A stretch of DNA of 64,000 nucleotides from Candidatus Oxydemutatoraceae bacterium (GTDB lineage: Bacteria; Pseudomonadota; Gammaproteobacteria; Poriferisulfidales; Oxydemutatoraceae), in contig OZ244779.1 in assembly GCA_965219575.1 (NCBI GenBank), forward strand, positions 2,124,769 through 2,188,768, given 5' to 3'. The notes under the pieces are model-generated. The model made no database searches and had not been told where the DNA came from. It saw nothing but the letters and a program-made list of their open reading frames with translations. Every line of letters begins with the position of its first letter. Position 1 is the stretch's first letter. This document shows, piece by piece, positions 10,852 to 23,289 of the stretch. The position numbers were made by a program, and so were the translations under genes.

Positions 10852-10923
10852 AATGTTTTTAACTTCTCTAGTTTATCGGAAAAACCAACTTTAATATTGC
10901 TAACAAGTTCGGGGAGAATGTCA
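10852..10923 (-). mobile_element. Solo left-end remnant of an IS3 element related to the two full copies
   Basis: Reverse complement TGACATTCTCCCCGAACTTGTTAGCAATATTAAAGTTGGTTTTTCCGATAAACTAGAGAAGTTAAAAACATT aligns to the IS left end at 1889-1961. Confidence 0.85.
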
Positions 10924-10954
10924 ATAGGTGTCGAGTACCTAAGAGAGGAGGGCA

Positions 10955-11356
10955 TCAACCCTCCTTTGCAGCCTTGTCTTTCTCTTGCGGTGTTTGTTGT
11001 TCACGACCGACCAAGCATACATAAGCCATCGGGGCATTATCTCCTTTGCGAAAGCCATGCTTGAGGATGCGTAAATAGCCGCCGGGACGTTCACGATAAT
11101 AGGGGCCGAGGTCGGTGAATAGTTTATTGACTGCCGACTTATCACGTAGTTTGGCAAAGGCACGTCTGCGTGCGGCAACATTATCGTGCTTTGCGAGCGT
11201 GATGATAGGTTCTATAACCCGTCTCAATTCTTTTGCTCGGGTGAGCGTGGTATGTATCTTTTCGTGTTCAATCAGCGATACCGACATATTTGCAAAGAGG
11301 GCTTTGCGGTGTGCCGGGGTGATATTGAGTTTTCTGCCCGAATTAAGATGTCGCAT
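10955..11356 (-). CDS. rplQ: 50S ribosomal protein L17
   Basis: [20 protein letters not shown]. Confidence 0.97.
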   Translation of the reverse strand: MRHLNSGRKLNITPAHRKALFANMSVSLIEHEKIHTTLTRAKELRRVIEPIITLAKHDNVAARRRAFAKLRDKSAVNKLFTDLGPYYRERPGGYLRILKHGFRKGDNAPMAYVCLVGREQQTPQEKDKAAKEG

Positions 11357-11368
11357 GATTTTCTCGGT

Positions 11369-12373
11369 TTAATCTCTGCCGAGGCGACCTGCCGTCCAGC
11401 TGGAAGCCAACTTAGCCGGTGGCCAATTTTCGACTTCCATACCTAAGCGCAAGCCGAAATCGGCAAGCATGTTCTTGATCTCGGTTAAAGATTTCTTACC
11501 CAGATTGGGTGTTCTCATCAAGTCCATTTCCGATCTGATTACCAAATCGCCCAGATAGTATATTTTTTCGGATTTCAGACAATTTGCCGAGCGTACGGTT
11601 AAATCAACTTCTTCGACCGGCTTCATCAACAGTTCATCGATTTCATTTTTGGTGCTTTCTTGCTCGGTGACTTCAATCTCCTCGAGATTAACGAAAACAT
11701 TCAGTTGAGAGTGTAGCGTGATCGCTGCTTGGCTGACGAGCTCTTCGGCACTCACCGTGCCGTTGGTCTCCAACTCTAATATCAGTTTATCCAAATCGGT
11801 ACGGTCGCCTACGCGTGTGCTCTCGACATTGTACGATACTTTCTTTATGGGACTGAAACTGGCATCGAGTAATAAGCTACCCACGACTTGATTCTCTTTC
11901 TTCTCTTTGCGTACGACCGCCGGTTGGTAGCCTCGTCCTTTTTCAATCCACAGATCCATTTCCAGTTCACCTTTATCGCTCAGATGTGCGATAACATGGT
12001 TTTTGTTGGCGATTTCAACCGTTTCTTCGATTTGTATATCGGCACCGGTAACCACCCCTTTACCTTTTTTATGCACGCGTACCATCGTTGCGTCTTTCTC
12101 GTATAGTCTAATCGCCAATCCCTTCAGATTGAGGAGTATATCTACGACATCCTCCTGCACGCCTTCGAGCGTCGAATATTCATGCAACACATTGGCAATT
12201 TTTGCTTCTACAACGGCAGCACCGGTCATTGCCGAAAATAAAACGCGACGCATCGCATTACCCAGAGTATGCCCGAAACCGCGCTCCAACGGCTGTATGG
12301 CAACGCGTATGTGATCATCGGAAAATCTCTGTATTTCAACCGAACCCGGTCTTAATAAATTGGTATAGCTCAA
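11369..12373 (-). CDS. rpoA: RNA polymerase alpha subunit
   Basis: [34 protein letters not shown]. Confidence 0.98.
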   Translation of the reverse strand: MSYTNLLRPGSVEIQRFSDDHIRVAIQPLERGFGHTLGNAMRRVLFSAMTGAAVVEAKIANVLHEYSTLEGVQEDVVDILLNLKGLAIRLYEKDATMVRVHKKGKGVVTGADIQIEETVEIANKNHVIAHLSDKGELEMDLWIEKGRGYQPAVVRKEKKENQVVGSLLLDASFSPIKKVSYNVESTRVGDRTDLDKLILELETNGTVSAEELVSQAAITLHSQLNVFVNLEEIEVTEQESTKNEIDELLMKPVEEVDLTVRSANCLKSEKIYYLGDLVIRSEMDLMRTPNLGKKSLTEIKNMLADFGLRLGMEVENWPPAKLASSWTAGRLGRD

Positions 12374-12395
12374 GTTTGCCTCCTGATAATTTAGT

Positions 12396-13016
12396 TTATT
12401 TGGAGTACAGCTCTACTACGAGCGACTCGTTAATTTCTTTGGGTAAATCGGAACGTTGCGGATAAGATTTGAATATCGCTTCGAAGGCTTTGGTATCAAC
12501 CGTAATCCATTCTACAAAACCGAGTTGCTCGGCAATATCTATCGCGTCTTTGATCCTAAGCTGTTCTTTTGCCTTATCGGTAATCGCAATCTTATCGGAC
12601 GGTTTAACCTGATACGAAGGTATATTGACTACGATGTCGTTGACCATAACCGCTTTATGACTCACCAGTTGACGGCACTCCGCCCGTGTAGAACCGAATC
12701 CCGAACGGTATACCACGTTATCCAATCTACCCTCGAGTAAACGTAATAAATTCTCGCCGGTAGAACCTCTTTCTTTAGCGGCTTTCTTGTAGTAATTTCT
12801 GAATTGTCTCTCCAGCACACCGTAAATGCGACGCAACTTTTGTTTTTCTCTTAGCTGTATACCGTAATCGGTTTGTCTCGGACGTCTCTCCAGTTGTGGC
12901 CCGGGCGGTCTGGACATATTGCATTTCTTGTCTAAAGAGCGACCGCGGCCTTTTAACATCAAGTCCGTACCCTCGCGTTTGCTGAGTTTGCATGTAGGGC
13001 CTAAATAGCGTGCCAT
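12396..13016 (-). CDS. rpsD: 30S ribosomal protein S4
   Basis: [27 protein letters not shown]. Confidence 0.98.
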   Translation of the reverse strand: MARYLGPTCKLSKREGTDLMLKGRGRSLDKKCNMSRPPGPQLERRPRQTDYGIQLREKQKLRRIYGVLERQFRNYYKKAAKERGSTGENLLRLLEGRLDNVVYRSGFGSTRAECRQLVSHKAVMVNDIVVNIPSYQVKPSDKIAITDKAKEQLRIKDAIDIAEQLGFVEWITVDTKAFEAIFKSYPQRSDLPKEINESLVVELYSK

Positions 13017-13029
13017 CGTTTTAGTCTCC

Positions 13030-13425
13030 TCAAATCCTACGTTTCTTAGGCGGTCTGCAGCCGTTGTGCGGAAGCGGTGTCACATCGGTAATGCTGAGAA
13101 TACTAAAACCGACTGCGTGCAATGCGCGTATAGCCGACTCTCGGCCGGGACCGGGACCTCTGACTCGTACTGTGACACTCTTGACACCGTATGGCCGTGC
13201 TCGCTCCGCCGCCTGAGTTGCCGCAATCTGTGCGGCAAACGGCGTGCTTTTACGCGAGCCTTTGAATCCTGCGGCACCGGCACTAGACCAGCACAAGGTA
13301 TCGCCTTCGGGGTCGGAAATGGTAACAATCGTATTGTTGAAAGAAGAGTTAATGTGCGCTATCGCCTCGGGTACTTCCTTCTTTACTTTCTTACGTGTTC
13401 TGGTTTTAGTCTTTGCTTTTGCCAT
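13030..13425 (-). CDS. rpsK: 30S ribosomal protein S11
   Basis: [26 protein letters not shown]. Confidence 0.98.
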   Translation of the reverse strand: MAKAKTKTRTRKKVKKEVPEAIAHINSSFNNTIVTISDPEGDTLCWSSAGAAGFKGSRKSTPFAAQIAATQAAERARPYGVKSVTVRVRGPGPGRESAIRALHAVGFSILSITDVTPLPHNGCRPPKKRRI

Positions 13426-13434
13426 CGTGTCGTT

Positions 13435-13791
13435 TTACTTCTTCATTTGTCGTCTGGGTCCTTTGCGGGTACGCGCATTGGTTTTGGTGCGCTGACCGCG
13501 TACCGGCAACCCGCGTCTGTGTCGTATGCCTCTATAACATCCCAAGTCTCTAAGTCGCTTGATATTGAGGCTGATGTCGCGGCGCAAATCGCCTTCTATC
13601 GTGTAATTCGTAACTTCCTGACGCAATTTATCCAAGTCGCTATCGGACAGCTCTTTGATCTTGCGGCTGGGTTTGATCTTCGTATTCGCACAAATTTCGC
13701 GTGCGCGGGTTCTGCCGATACCGAATATGGCGGTCAAGGCAATCTCGGCGTGCTTATTATCGGGTACATTAACTCCTGCTATACGTGCCAT
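13435..13791 (-). CDS. rpsM: 30S ribosomal protein S13
   Basis: [26 protein letters not shown]. Confidence 0.98.
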   Translation of the reverse strand: MARIAGVNVPDNKHAEIALTAIFGIGRTRAREICANTKIKPSRKIKELSDSDLDKLRQEVTNYTIEGDLRRDISLNIKRLRDLGCYRGIRHRRGLPVRGQRTKTNARTRKGPRRQMKK

Positions 13792-13869
13792 ACTCTAAAA
13801 ATTTTCCGCTTTAGTTGTTGAAAAAAACGCATTATTATAAACGGCTTAGGGCTGTTTGACCAGCTTTAT

Positions 13870-13983
13870 TTAGCCTTGCCGTTGCTTATGGCGAGGATCT
13901 TTGCATATCACCCGCAATACGCCTTTCCGGCGTAATAACTTGCAGTGGCGACATATTTTCTTAACCGACGCACCTACTTTCAT
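13870..13983 (-). CDS. rpmJ: 50S ribosomal protein L36 (Zn-ribbon form)
   Basis: Below the ORF-track cutoff; manual translation [37 protein letters not shown]. Confidence 0.97.
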   Translation of the reverse strand: MKVGASVKKICRHCKLLRRKGVLRVICKDPRHKQRQG

Positions 13984-13993
13984 AATACCTCCG

Positions 13994-15331
13994 TCATACT
14001 AATCTACGGCTTGCGCCGCGGCGCTGTTTCAGGTTTGCTTTCTTAAGCAAACCCTCGTATTGATGAGACATTAGGTGGGTCTGTAATTGCCCCATAAAAT
14101 CCATAATAACAACAACAATAATCAACAAAGATGTGCCACCGAAATAAAACGGCACATTCCACGATAAAATCAAAAACTCGGGCAATAAACAAACTAAGGT
14201 GATGTAAATAGCTCCCATCACCGTAAGACGACTGAGTATATTATCTATATAGCTTGCGGTTTGCTCGCCGGGGCGTATGCCCGGAATGAATGCACCGCCT
14301 CGCTTTAAGTTATCCGCCGTTTCTCTGGCATCAAACACGATTGCGGTATAGAAAAAACAAAAGAACATAATCGCAAAAGCATAAAAAGCGATGTAGAGCG
14401 GCTGACCGGGTGCCATCGCATTGGATATTTCCGATAGCCATCCCATCCCCTCGGCGCGACCGAACCATTGACCTAGGGTTGCAGGAAACAAAATAATACT
14501 CGAAGCAAATATCGGCGGAATGACGCCTGCCATATTGAGCTTGAGCGGTAGATGGCTCGACGGCGCGGAGAATAGCCTTTGTCCGCGTTGCTGCCTTGCA
14601 TAGTTGATCGTGACTCGTCGTTGTCCTTTCTCGGCAAATACCACAAAAGCGGTCACCGCAATCGCCAAGAATAAAATTAGCATAACCAAAGGCGGAGCCA
14701 GTTCGCCGGTGTTGGCCAACTCCAGAGTGCCGCCGAACGCAGCGGGTAGACCGGCGACGATGCCGGCGAAGATCAATATAGAGATGCCGTTGCCTATTCC
14801 TCTCTCGTTAATCTGCTCTCCCAGCCACATCAAAAACATCGTCCCGGTAACCAAAGAAATAGCAACCACTGCAATAAAACCGAAGCCGGTAATATAAGAT
14901 ACATTTTGACTTTGTAGGGCGATAGCAACACCGATTGCTTGAAAAGTCGCAAGTACGACCGTACCGTAGCGAGTATATTTGGTAATGGTACGGCGACCTT
15001 GCTCGCCTTCCTTCTTAAGTTCTTTGAGATAGGGTATGATTGCCGACATCAGCTGCATAATAATCGCCGAAGAGATATAAGGCATCACGCCCAACGCGAA
15101 CAAACTCAACCTTTCCAACGCACCGCCGGAAAACATGTTGAACATCGCCAAGATAGTGCCGCTTTGTTGCTCGAAAAACTGTGCCATTTGAACGGGGTCT
15201 ATACCCGGCACCGGAATAAAACTGCCCAAGCGAAAAATCACCAGAGCGAGTAGTACGAAACCGATCCGTCTCTTGAGCTCGCCGTACTTGCTGCCCGCAA
15301 TGTTTGCCATTTGTGCCGTTGCCGCAACCAT
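13994..15331 (-). CDS. secY: Preprotein translocase SecY
   Basis: [37 protein letters not shown]. Confidence 0.98.
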   Translation of the reverse strand: MVAATAQMANIAGSKYGELKRRIGFVLLALVIFRLGSFIPVPGIDPVQMAQFFEQQSGTILAMFNMFSGGALERLSLFALGVMPYISSAIIMQLMSAIIPYLKELKKEGEQGRRTITKYTRYGTVVLATFQAIGVAIALQSQNVSYITGFGFIAVVAISLVTGTMFLMWLGEQINERGIGNGISILIFAGIVAGLPAAFGGTLELANTGELAPPLVMLILFLAIAVTAFVVFAEKGQRRVTINYARQQRGQRLFSAPSSHLPLKLNMAGVIPPIFASSIILFPATLGQWFGRAEGMGWLSEISNAMAPGQPLYIAFYAFAIMFFCFFYTAIVFDARETADNLKRGGAFIPGIRPGEQTASYIDNILSRLTVMGAIYITLVCLLPEFLILSWNVPFYFGGTSLLIIVVVIMDFMGQLQTHLMSHQYEGLLKKANLKQRRGASRRLV

Positions 15332-15332
15332 C

Positions 15333-15776
15333 TTATTCCACCTCCCCGCCGAGCGACTCTATTTGCGCCCGCGCGCCTTTGCTGAGCTTCACACCTTTGA
15401 CGATCAAAGCCTTTTCTAAATTGCCCGAGACGATTATTTTCGCTTTTTCGGTTTGCTTAGAAATAATCTTTGCTTCTTGCAATGCTTTTATATCGCATAT
15501 ATCGCCCGATAATTTATTCAACTCGTGTAGTTTTACTTCGGCACATGCTACAACTTTGGAGGAGAAGCCGATTTTCGGCAATCGTCGCTGCAAAGGCATT
15601 TGCCCACCTTCGAAACCGACCTTGTGATAACCGCCGGAGCGAGACTTCTGACCTTTGTAGCCCCGTCCGCATGTTGTTCCGAAACCCGAACCGTTGCCGC
15701 GTCCGACCCGCTTGCGCGCAGTTTTTTGTCGACTTCCCTTGATCGTATTCAAGGTTAGGGATGTATGTTCAGACAT
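15333..15776 (-). CDS. rplO: 50S ribosomal protein L15
   Basis: [15 protein letters not shown]. Confidence 0.97.
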   Translation of the reverse strand: MSEHTSLTLNTIKGSRQKTARKRVGRGNGSGFGTTCGRGYKGQKSRSGGYHKVGFEGGQMPLQRRLPKIGFSSKVVACAEVKLHELNKLSGDICDIKALQEAKIISKQTEKAKIIVSGNLEKALIVKGVKLSKGARAQIESLGGEVE

Positions 15777-15957
15777 TTTCTTCCACCTGTAGTAAATAAT
15801 TAATCTTGTCGATCATGCCACGATTTTCCGGTGTATCTACCACCCACACCGGATTATGCATGCGCCTGATGCCCAGACCTTGCGCACACGCTTTGTGTTT
15901 TTTCAAGCGTCCGTTCAAGCTCTTGACCAGAGTCAATTTGATTCGTTTCTCGCTCAT
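15769..15957 (-). CDS. rpmD: 50S ribosomal protein L30
   Basis: TLVKS...DTPENRGMI; position in spc operon. Confidence 0.96.
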   Translation of the reverse strand: MSEKRIKLTLVKSLNGRLKKHKACAQGLGIRRMHNPVWVVDTPENRGMIDKINYLLQVEENV

Positions 15958-16460
15958 GGCAATATATCCTTGACATTGAGACCTCGTTTTGCAGCGATGT
16001 CTTGCGGCGAGTGGATGTTTTGTAGGCCGTTTAGCGTCGCCTTGACGATGTTGATAGGGTTTCTAGACCCTATGCACTTGGCGAGTACATTTTGTACGCC
16101 TACAACTTCGAACACTGCGCGCATCGCGCCACCGGCGATGATGCCGGTACCTTCGGATGCCGGCGACAGATAGACTTTGGCAGCCCCGTACTTTCCTACG
16201 ATAGGATAATACAGCGTGTTCTTGTTCAAAGAGACCTCTATCATTTCTCGGCGTGCGCCTTCCATCGCTTTATGAATCGCCGTCGGTACTTCTTTGGCTT
16301 TGCCGTAGCCTATGCCGATTTTACCGGCACCGTTGCCGACGACGGTTAGCGCGGTAAAACCGAATTGCCTGCCGCCTTTGATGACTTTGGCGACGCGGTT
16401 TACCGCAACGAGTTTTTCCAGCAAGCCGTCGGTTGATTCGGCTATTTCTATATTGGACAT
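15954..16460 (-). CDS. rpsE: 30S ribosomal protein S5
   Basis: [20 protein letters not shown]. Confidence 0.97.
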   Translation of the reverse strand: MSNIEIAESTDGLLEKLVAVNRVAKVIKGGRQFGFTALTVVGNGAGKIGIGYGKAKEVPTAIHKAMEGARREMIEVSLNKNTLYYPIVGKYGAAKVYLSPASEGTGIIAGGAMRAVFEVVGVQNVLAKCIGSRNPINIVKATLNGLQNIHSPQDIAAKRGLNVKDILP

Positions 16461-16462
16461 CT

Positions 16463-16813
16463 CTAAAATTCCATGCCGTTTTCGCGCATCGCATCGGCTA
16501 AAGACCGAATACGCCCATGATACTTAAAGCCCGATCGATCGAAAGCGATACGCGTGATACCGCGTTCTTTGGCTTTGGCAGCCATCATCTCACCGACTTT
16601 GCTCGCAGCCGCTTTTTTATCACCACTATCGATAAAAGACTTGCCGACGGTAGAAGCCGAAGCCAAGGTCTTGCCGCTCGGTTCAATCAACTGCGCATAA
16701 ATATGCTGCGAGGTTTTATGGATACATACACGATATGTATCTTTGAGACGCGCAATTTTCGCACGTGTTCTGCTTACACGTTTGACGGACGATGCGGTGT
16801 GTTTAGCTCTCAT
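16463..16813 (-). CDS. rplR: 50S ribosomal protein L18
   Basis: [12 protein letters not shown]; position. Confidence 0.96.
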   Translation of the reverse strand: MRAKHTASSVKRVSRTRAKIARLKDTYRVCIHKTSQHIYAQLIEPSGKTLASASTVGKSFIDSGDKKAAASKVGEMMAAKAKERGITRIAFDRSGFKYHGRIRSLADAMRENGMEF

Positions 16814-16822
16814 TTATAAATC

Positions 16823-17350
16823 CTATTTCTTCTTAGCTTCTTTTCTGGTTATTTGTTCGCCGGCATAGCGCAAGCCTTTACCCTTGTAGGGTTCGGGGGG
16901 ACGAAAGGCGCGGATTTCCGTCGCAACTTGTCCTACTTTCTGCTTGTCTATGCCTTTGACTACGATTTCGGTGGCACTCGGTGTCTCTACCGTAACACCG
17001 TCGATTACTCGATAATCTACGGGATGTGAAAAACCTATTTGCAAATTCAATTCGTTATTGCCTTTAGCTTGCGCTCTATACCCTACTCCGACTAGTTCGA
17101 GCTTACGTTCAAAACCTTCCGCCACACCTTGGAGTAAGTTGTTCGTCAAGGCGTGCATCGTTCCGGCGAGTGCTTTGCCGTCGCGCTCGGCATTGAACAT
17201 TATACCTTCGTCCTTCAATTCAAATCGAACCATTTCGTGTATCTCTAAAGTATTTTCACCTTTTTTGCCCTTGGCGTGTATTTTTTGTCCCTCTATTTTA
17301 ACTTCTACACCCTCGGGCACGGCGACCGGTTTTTTAATCAATCTAGACAT
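16823..17350 (-). CDS. rplF: 50S ribosomal protein L6
   Basis: GVGYRA, RPPEPYKGKG; start trimmed to MSRL (ATG 17350). Confidence 0.96.
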   Translation of the reverse strand: MSRLIKKPVAVPEGVEVKIEGQKIHAKGKKGENTLEIHEMVRFELKDEGIMFNAERDGKALAGTMHALTNNLLQGVAEGFERKLELVGVGYRAQAKGNNELNLQIGFSHPVDYRVIDGVTVETPSATEIVVKGIDKQKVGQVATEIRAFRPPEPYKGKGLRYAGEQITRKEAKKK

Positions 17351-17351
17351 C

Positions 17352-17750
17352 TTATTCCACCACGCATAAAATTTCACCACCGCATTTGATCGCTTTTGCT
17401 TTCTTGCCGCTGATCACGCCTTTGGAAGTAGAACAAATAACCGTCCCCATACCTCCCATTATTCTAGGAAAGTCGTCCACTCGTCTATAAAGCCTAAGCC
17501 CCGGACGGCTGAAGCGCCGTATCTTCGATATGACCGGTTTGCCTTTATAGTACTTAAGTTCTATCGTTAATTCCTTTTTATCGATAGCTTGAGTATCTTC
17601 TCGATACCCCTTGATATAGCCTTCTTCGCGTAACACCTCGGCGATAGCACATTTCAATTTGGAGCTCGGCATACTCACCGTTGCTTTGGTTCTCGCCTGT
17701 GCGTTCCTGATGCGGCTCAGCATATCGGCAACCGGATCACTCATACTCAT
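17352..17750 (-). CDS. rpsH: 30S ribosomal protein S8
   Basis: DPVADMLSRIRNA, SRPGLR. Confidence 0.97.
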   Translation of the reverse strand: MSMSDPVADMLSRIRNAQARTKATVSMPSSKLKCAIAEVLREEGYIKGYREDTQAIDKKELTIELKYYKGKPVISKIRRFSRPGLRLYRRVDDFPRIMGGMGTVICSTSKGVISGKKAKAIKCGGEILCVVE

Positions 17751-17768
17751 TGCATCAACCTCGCTATA

Positions 17769-18074
17769 TCACCAACTGGATTTCATTAAACCGGGTATAT
17801 AACCCAGCATTGCATACTCGCGCAGTTTGTTACGCCCCAAACCGAATTTGCGATAGTAGCCCTTGGGACGTCCGGTAATACGGCACCGGTTGCGCATTCT
17901 CGACGGACTCGAGTTGCGCGGCAATCTCTGCATTGCAATAATCGCACCGGCTTTCTCGTCCGCAGGCGTATGCGGACTTTTAATCTTTTGCCGCAATGCG
18001 TCGCGGCGCGCTTTATATTTCTCGACCGTCAACCTACGCTTCTTTTCTCGCTCTATCATACATACTTTAGCCAT
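17769..18074 (-). CDS. rpsN: 30S ribosomal protein S14
   Basis: LPRNSSPSR...RCRITGRP...SSW. Confidence 0.97.
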   Translation of the reverse strand: MAKVCMIEREKKRRLTVEKYKARRDALRQKIKSPHTPADEKAGAIIAMQRLPRNSSPSRMRNRCRITGRPKGYYRKFGLGRNKLREYAMLGYIPGLMKSSW

Positions 18075-18079
18075 TGCTT

Positions 18080-18619
18080 TTAATCCTTAAACGGGAAATT
18101 GAATGCCGAGAGCAGATGCTTGGCTTCCTCGTCGGTACCGGCACTCGTCGTAATCGCGATATCCAAACCGCTAATTTTGCTGATTTTGTCAAAATCAATC
18201 TCGGGAAAAATAATCTGCTCTTTAATCCCCATATTGAAGTTGCCTCGCCCGTCAAAAGACTTGGATCCGAACCCTCTAAAATCCCTGATTCTGGGGATTG
18301 CGATATTAACCAAACGCTCAAAAAAGTCATACATCATGTTGCGACGCAAGGTAACCATGCAACCTATAGGCCACCCTTCGCGTATGCCGAAACCGGCAAT
18401 AGCCTTGCGCGCATTCGTCACCACCGGACGTTGTCCGGCGATCAACGCCATTTCTTCCTGTGCGACTTTGAGGTTATTCTTATCTTTAGCCGAATCACCC
18501 AAACCCATATTCAAAGTGATTTTGACCAATCGGGGTACCGCCATAAGGTTTGTGTATCCCGGGGCATCCATCAACTGTTTAACAACCGTTTCTTTATAAA
18601 ACTCAGCCATGCTCGACAT
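18080..18619 (-). CDS. rplE: 50S ribosomal protein L5
   Basis: [24 protein letters not shown]. Confidence 0.97.
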   Translation of the reverse strand: MSSMAEFYKETVVKQLMDAPGYTNLMAVPRLVKITLNMGLGDSAKDKNNLKVAQEEMALIAGQRPVVTNARKAIAGFGIREGWPIGCMVTLRRNMMYDFFERLVNIAIPRIRDFRGFGSKSFDGRGNFNMGIKEQIIFPEIDFDKISKISGLDIAITTSAGTDEEAKHLLSAFNFPFKD

Positions 18620-18936
18620 CAATCTATCTCCTGATCGCTACGCTTAAAGTAGCGCACTTTCTTGCCGTCTTCTTTGATTTTGAAACCGACACGCTCACCT
18701 TTATCGGTTTTTGCATTGTACAGCATTACATTGGATATATGCAAAGGGCTTTCTCTCTCAACGATGCCGCCTTGCTCGCCTTTATCGGGATTCGGACGCA
18801 CCATTTTCTTGACGATGTTGACATTTTCCACCAACACCGTATCGTCCGCAGACATGATGCGTAATACTCTTCCTTGCTGACCTTTACTTCTGCCGGAAAT
18901 CACGGTCACTTGATCTCCTTTGCGTATTTTTTTCAT
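18619..18936 (-). CDS. rplX: 50S ribosomal protein L24
   Basis: [11 protein letters not shown] motif, HISNV. Confidence 0.97.
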   Translation of the reverse strand: MKKIRKGDQVTVISGRSKGQQGRVLRIMSADDTVLVENVNIVKKMVRPNPDKGEQGGIVERESPLHISNVMLYNAKTDKGERVGFKIKEDGKKVRYFKRSDQEID

Positions 18937-18945
18937 TTCCTATAC

Positions 18946-19314
18946 TCACAAAACTTCCGGTGCCAAAGAAATAATCTTCATAAATTTTTCGGTGCGCAGT
19001 TCTCGGGTCACCGGTCCGAATATACGCGTGCCTATGAGCTGCAACTGATTATCCAAAAGTACTGCTGCGTTGGTATCGAAGCGCACCAAAGAGCCGTCGC
19101 CGCGCCGCACACCTTTGCGGGTGCGCACTATAACCGCGCTATAAACTTCGCCTTTTTTGACTCGGCCGCGTGGAATCGCTTCCTTTACACTCACCTTGAC
19201 CACATCACCCACATGCGCATATCGGCGACGCGATCCTCCCAGTACTTTGATGCATTGTAACTTCCTCGCACCACTATTATCGGCTACTTTCAGAAAAGTC
19301 TCAACTTGTATCAT
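18946..19314 (-). CDS. rplN: 50S ribosomal protein L14
   Basis: MIQ...[22 protein letters not shown]; start trimmed to ATG 19314. Confidence 0.97.
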   Translation of the reverse strand: MIQVETFLKVADNSGARKLQCIKVLGGSRRRYAHVGDVVKVSVKEAIPRGRVKKGEVYSAVIVRTRKGVRRGDGSLVRFDTNAAVLLDNQLQLIGTRIFGPVTRELRTEKFMKIISLAPEVL

Positions 19315-19610
19315 GCTTTGGCCTCCGCACCTTGCTCCGGCAAGGTTTCGGTTGACCCGCGTTGCAGAATCTCTACGAGGCGCCACGCTTTGGTTTTAGA
19401 TTTACGCGGGCATGCGGTGATTTTAACCAAATCACCGACCTGTCCTTCGTTGGCTTCGTCGTGTACGTGAAACTTGCTCGATCGGGTAATATACTTTCCG
19501 TAGGTCGGGTGACGCAACTGGCGCTCAATCATCACAATTAACGTCTTGTCGGAACTTTTTTTGACGATGTTACAAATTATAAAACGTTCTTTTTTCTGTT
19601 CGCCGCTCAC
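19311..19610 (-). CDS. rpsQ: 30S ribosomal protein S17
   Basis: HPTYGKYI...HVHDE...SKTKAW. Confidence 0.95.
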   Translation of the reverse strand: MSGEQKKERFIICNIVKKSSDKTLIVMIERQLRHPTYGKYITRSSKFHVHDEANEGQVGDLVKITACPRKSKTKAWRLVEILQRGSTETLPEQGAEAKA

Positions 19611-19804
19611 GACTGCTCCCTCTCTTTTTGCCTCAGCAAGGTCTTGATGCGCGCGATATCGCGCCTATAACTCTTAAAGCGGCTACACTGGGCACTGCTA
19701 CGGTCGCGTCCTTGCAGTTCCAACTTGAGCTTTTTCTCTACAAGTTCTCTTAAATCCACTTGCAGATCTTCCGGAGTCTTGTTGAGTAATTTAGAGTATT
19801 TCAT
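19607..19804 (-). CDS. rpmC: 50S ribosomal protein L29 (divergent)
   Basis: RRDIARIKT; position between rplP and rpsQ. Confidence 0.93.
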   Translation of the reverse strand: MKYSKLLNKTPEDLQVDLRELVEKKLKLELQGRDRSSAQCSRFKSYRRDIARIKTLLRQKEREQS

Positions 19805-20217
19805 CACATAATCACCCGACTGATAAAAGTGGTGCGTATAGGTAGCTTGGATCCTGCCAGCTTAAAGGCTTCGCGTGCGGTATCTTCCGGAACACCCTCT
19901 ATTTCATAGAGCATCTTGCCGGGCTTGATGAGTGCCACCCAGTATTCGACATTTCCTTTACCTTTACCTTGTCTTACCTCTAAAGGCTTTTTGGTGATCG
20001 GTTTGTCGGGAAATATACGAATCCAGATCTTGCCTCTACGTTTTACATAGCGCGTCATCGCTCGACGCGCAGCTTCTATTTGCCGCGACGTGATGCGGCC
20101 ACGGGTGGTCGCTTTCAGCCCGAATTCACCGAAGCTGACCTTGTTGCCGTTGACTGCCAAGCCTCTGTTGCGGCCTTTTTGCTGTTTCCTATATTTGGTT
20201 TTATTCGGTTGTAACAT
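19804..20217 (-). CDS. rplP: 50S ribosomal protein L16
   Basis: [24 protein letters not shown]. Confidence 0.98.
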   Translation of the reverse strand: MLQPNKTKYRKQQKGRNRGLAVNGNKVSFGEFGLKATTRGRITSRQIEAARRAMTRYVKRRGKIWIRIFPDKPITKKPLEVRQGKGKGNVEYWVALIKPGKMLYEIEGVPEDTAREAFKLAGSKLPIRTTFISRVIM

Positions 20218-20239
20218 TTCTCTTTACGGCTCAAACCGG

Positions 20240-20908
20240 TCAACCGGCTACGCCTATCTCCGTATCTTTTTGGTCGCTAAAATTGCCTTTATAGATCCAG
20301 ACCTTGACACCTATAATCCCGTATGTGGTTTTAGCTTCGGCAAGTCCGTAGTCTATATTGGCGTCGAGGGTGTGCAGGGGGATGCGTCCATCCTTGGACC
20401 ATTCGGAACGAGCGATTTCGGCACCGTTCAAACGTCCGGATACGCAAATCTTGATGCCCAGAGCACCCAAACGCATCGTGTTTTGCACCGCACGTTTCAT
20501 CGCACGACGAAACATGATGCGTCGTTCCAACTGCAGTGCGATACTCGAAGCAACCAATGTTGCGTCGGTTTCCGGTTTACGTATCTCCTCTATGCTGATC
20601 TGCACATTATTGACCGAAATACCGTTGATGCCGGCGATTTCGTGGCGTAAAGCCTCTATGTCTCCGCCTTTTTTACCGATTACGATGCCCGGGCGCGCCG
20701 TGTGTATGGCAATATGCACGGCCTTATCGGTGCGTTCTATCGTGACCCGGCTTACCGAGGCGTGAGCGAGTTTTTTCATCAAATAACTGCGTATTTTTAT
20801 ATCGTTATGCAAGGTCTCGCAATACTCGTTGCGAGAAACCAACCACTTTGATTCCCAATCCATTACGATGCCCACTCTAAAACCGGTGGGGTGTACTTTT
20901 TGTCCCAT
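20240..20908 (-). CDS. rpsC: 30S ribosomal protein S3
   Basis: [21 protein letters not shown]. Confidence 0.98.
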   Translation of the reverse strand: MGQKVHPTGFRVGIVMDWESKWLVSRNEYCETLHNDIKIRSYLMKKLAHASVSRVTIERTDKAVHIAIHTARPGIVIGKKGGDIEALRHEIAGINGISVNNVQISIEEIRKPETDATLVASSIALQLERRIMFRRAMKRAVQNTMRLGALGIKICVSGRLNGAEIARSEWSKDGRIPLHTLDANIDYGLAEAKTTYGIIGVKVWIYKGNFSDQKDTEIGVAG

Positions 20909-20921
20909 AAACTATACTTCC

Positions 20922-21254
20922 TTATTTATCACTCAATGTAATACTAATATGACTCGTTCTCTTTTTAATCGCCGAGGCGCGCCCTCTGGCGCGTGCTCTA
21001 AAGCGGTTTAATGTTGCCCCTTGATCCACTCGTATCGTGCGCACTTTGAGTTCGTCTATATCGGCACCTTCGTTATTCTCGGCGTTGGCAATCGCCGACT
21101 CCAGCAGTTTCAAAACCAAGCCCGCCGACTTGGTTCGGCTAAATCGTAAATTTTCAAGCGCGCGTTCAACCGACAGCCCGCGTAGCCGATCGGCGACCAA
21201 TCTGCATTTTTGCGGCGATATTCTACACCTTTTTAAGGTTGCCGAAACTTCCAT
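20922..21254 (-). CDS. rplV: 50S ribosomal protein L22
   Basis: [26 protein letters not shown]; start trimmed to ATG 21254. Confidence 0.97.
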   Translation of the reverse strand: MEVSATLKRCRISPQKCRLVADRLRGLSVERALENLRFSRTKSAGLVLKLLESAIANAENNEGADIDELKVRTIRVDQGATLNRFRARARGRASAIKKRTSHISITLSDK

Positions 21255-21264
21255 CACACGCGCC

Positions 21265-21537
21265 TCAACGAGCCTTCCGGTCGCCCGAATGTTCCTTAAA
21301 AGTGCGCGTCGGGGCGAATTCACCCAGTTTGTGTCCGACCATGTGCTCGGAGATATAAATCGGTACGTGCGCACGCCCGTTGTGTACCGAAATATTCAAA
21401 CCGACCATTTCCGGCACTACCATAGACCGCCTAGACCATGTTTTAATCGGACGTTTGTCTCGGGCTTCGGCTGCTTTTCTAACCTTTTTCATCAAATGTT
21501 CGTCGACAAAAGGACCTTTTTTTATAGAGCGCGGCAT
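21265..21537 (-). CDS. rpsS: 30S ribosomal protein S19
   Basis: [23 protein letters not shown]. Confidence 0.98.
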   Translation of the reverse strand: MPRSIKKGPFVDEHLMKKVRKAAEARDKRPIKTWSRRSMVVPEMVGLNISVHNGRAHVPIYISEHMVGHKLGEFAPTRTFKEHSGDRKAR

Positions 21538-21550
21538 AGTCTTAATCTTC

Positions 21551-22381
21551 CTATCTTCTATTACTGCGACGACGCACGATATATTTACCGGTGCTTCTAT
21601 TTTTTCTAGTCCTAAAACCTTTGGTCGGCATTCCCCACGGGCTCACCGGGTGACGGCCGCCGGAAGTTTTGCCCTCACCACCGCCGTGCGGATGATCTAT
21701 AGGGTTCATCGCCACACCTCTAACCGTAGGCCTCACTCCCCGCCATCTCTTGGCACCGGCTTTACCCAGTTTTCTTAGACCGTGTTCGTTGTTGGAAACG
21801 ATGCCGATCGTTGCACGGCATTTCAATTCTATGCGGCGCATTTCTCCCGATACCAGTCGCAACATTGCGTAATTCCCTTCACGCGCCACATATTGCAACG
21901 AGGTGCCTGCCGCCCGTGCCAGCTGCGCACCCTTCTCGGGCTTCATCTCTACACAATGTACGGTTGTGCCGACCGGGATATCTTTGAGTAAAAGTGCGTT
22001 CCCGCGTTTGATCGGTGCATCGCTACCCGACATGAGTTTATCCCCGGGCGCGACATTCTCGGGGGCGATAATGTAGCGTCGTTCTCCGTCGGCGTATAAC
22101 ACCAAAGCGATATTTGCGCTTCTGTTCGGGTCGTATTCTATGCGTTCTACACGACACGCAACTCCGTCCTTGTTGCGCTTAAAGTCGATATGGCGGTAAC
22201 GACGTTTATGCCCACCACCTATATGCCGCACCGTAATTCTGCCACCGGAACCGCGTCCGCTACTTGTTTTTTTGCCTCGCACCAAAGGCGCATACGGATC
22301 GCCTTTGTGTAAGCCACCGCGCTTGGTCGTCACCCTAAAGCGGGTGCCCGGCGATGTCGGTTTATATTTATTCAATGCCAT
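21551..22381 (-). CDS. rplB: 50S ribosomal protein L2
   Basis: [22 protein letters not shown]. Confidence 0.98.
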   Translation of the reverse strand: MALNKYKPTSPGTRFRVTTKRGGLHKGDPYAPLVRGKKTSSGRGSGGRITVRHIGGGHKRRYRHIDFKRNKDGVACRVERIEYDPNRSANIALVLYADGERRYIIAPENVAPGDKLMSGSDAPIKRGNALLLKDIPVGTTVHCVEMKPEKGAQLARAAGTSLQYVAREGNYAMLRLVSGEMRRIELKCRATIGIVSNNEHGLRKLGKAGAKRWRGVRPTVRGVAMNPIDHPHGGGEGKTSGGRHPVSPWGMPTKGFRTRKNRSTGKYIVRRRSNRR

Positions 22382-22690
22382 TTATTCGCTCCCCGAAACG
22401 ATGATATTGGAACCTTCGGCTAAGGTGACATAGGCTTTTTTCCAGTCCTTGCAACGCCCGAGCTTAGCTTTAATCCTTCCTTTGCGCTTGCCTTTGACGT
22501 TGACGACACACACTCGCTCGACCTTGACCTCGTAATGCGATTCAATCGCTTTTTTAATTGCGTGTTTGGTCGCTCGGGGTGCAACCCTGAATGTGTGTTG
22601 ATTGGACTGCATGACTCGGGTTGATTTTTCGGAGATGTGCGGGCGGATTAACACACGAGCGGTTTTTTCTATCGGTAGTAAATTTTTCAT
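22382..22690 (-). CDS. rplW: 50S ribosomal protein L23
   Basis: PHISEKS, WKKAYVTL. Confidence 0.96.
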   Translation of the reverse strand: MKNLLPIEKTARVLIRPHISEKSTRVMQSNQHTFRVAPRATKHAIKKAIESHYEVKVERVCVVNVKGKRKGRIKAKLGRCKDWKKAYVTLAEGSNIIVSGSE

Positions 22691-23289
22691 TGCAGGTTTT
22701 CCTGTATCTTTTCGATCGCTTGCTTGGTCATCAATACCTTATCGAAACGCATCAAATTCACCGGGTCTATTTCGTGCGCCAGCAATACGCCGACCCATGG
22801 GATATTACCGCTCGCCATAAAGAGGGTCTCGTCCTCTTCCGCCAGCACGATTAAAACCGAGGTGATAGACAGTGCTTTTAGTTTCTCTACCAACAACTTG
22901 GTCTTGGGCTTTTCTATCGTCAATTCATCTATGACGATTAAACGGTTTGAGCGGTTAAGCTCGGATAGCAGAGACTTTAGCGCGCCGCGATACATCTTTT
23001 TATTCAGCTTTTGATTAAAGCTGCGCGGTTGTGCTGCGAAAGTACGACCGCCACCTCGCCATAACGGGCTTCTTATGGTTCCGGCACGCGCACGCCCCAT
23101 ACCCTTTTGACGCCACGGCTTACTCCCGCCACCGGCGACTCTAGAACGATTTTTTTGAGCTTTGGTGCCGCTTCGCGCCCGTGCTTGAAATGCTACTGCG
23201 ACTTGATGTATCAAGGCTTCGTTGTAGCGACAATCAAAGATGCCCGCATCGACGGACAAGGTGCCGCCGTCCGCTCGTTTAAGTTCCAT
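22687..23289 (-). CDS. rplD: 50S ribosomal protein L4
   Basis: [22 protein letters not shown]. Confidence 0.97.
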   Translation of the reverse strand: MELKRADGGTLSVDAGIFDCRYNEALIHQVAVAFQARARSGTKAQKNRSRVAGGGSKPWRQKGMGRARAGTIRSPLWRGGGRTFAAQPRSFNQKLNKKMYRGALKSLLSELNRSNRLIVIDELTIEKPKTKLLVEKLKALSITSVLIVLAEEDETLFMASGNIPWVGVLLAHEIDPVNLMRFDKVLMTKQAIEKIQENLQ

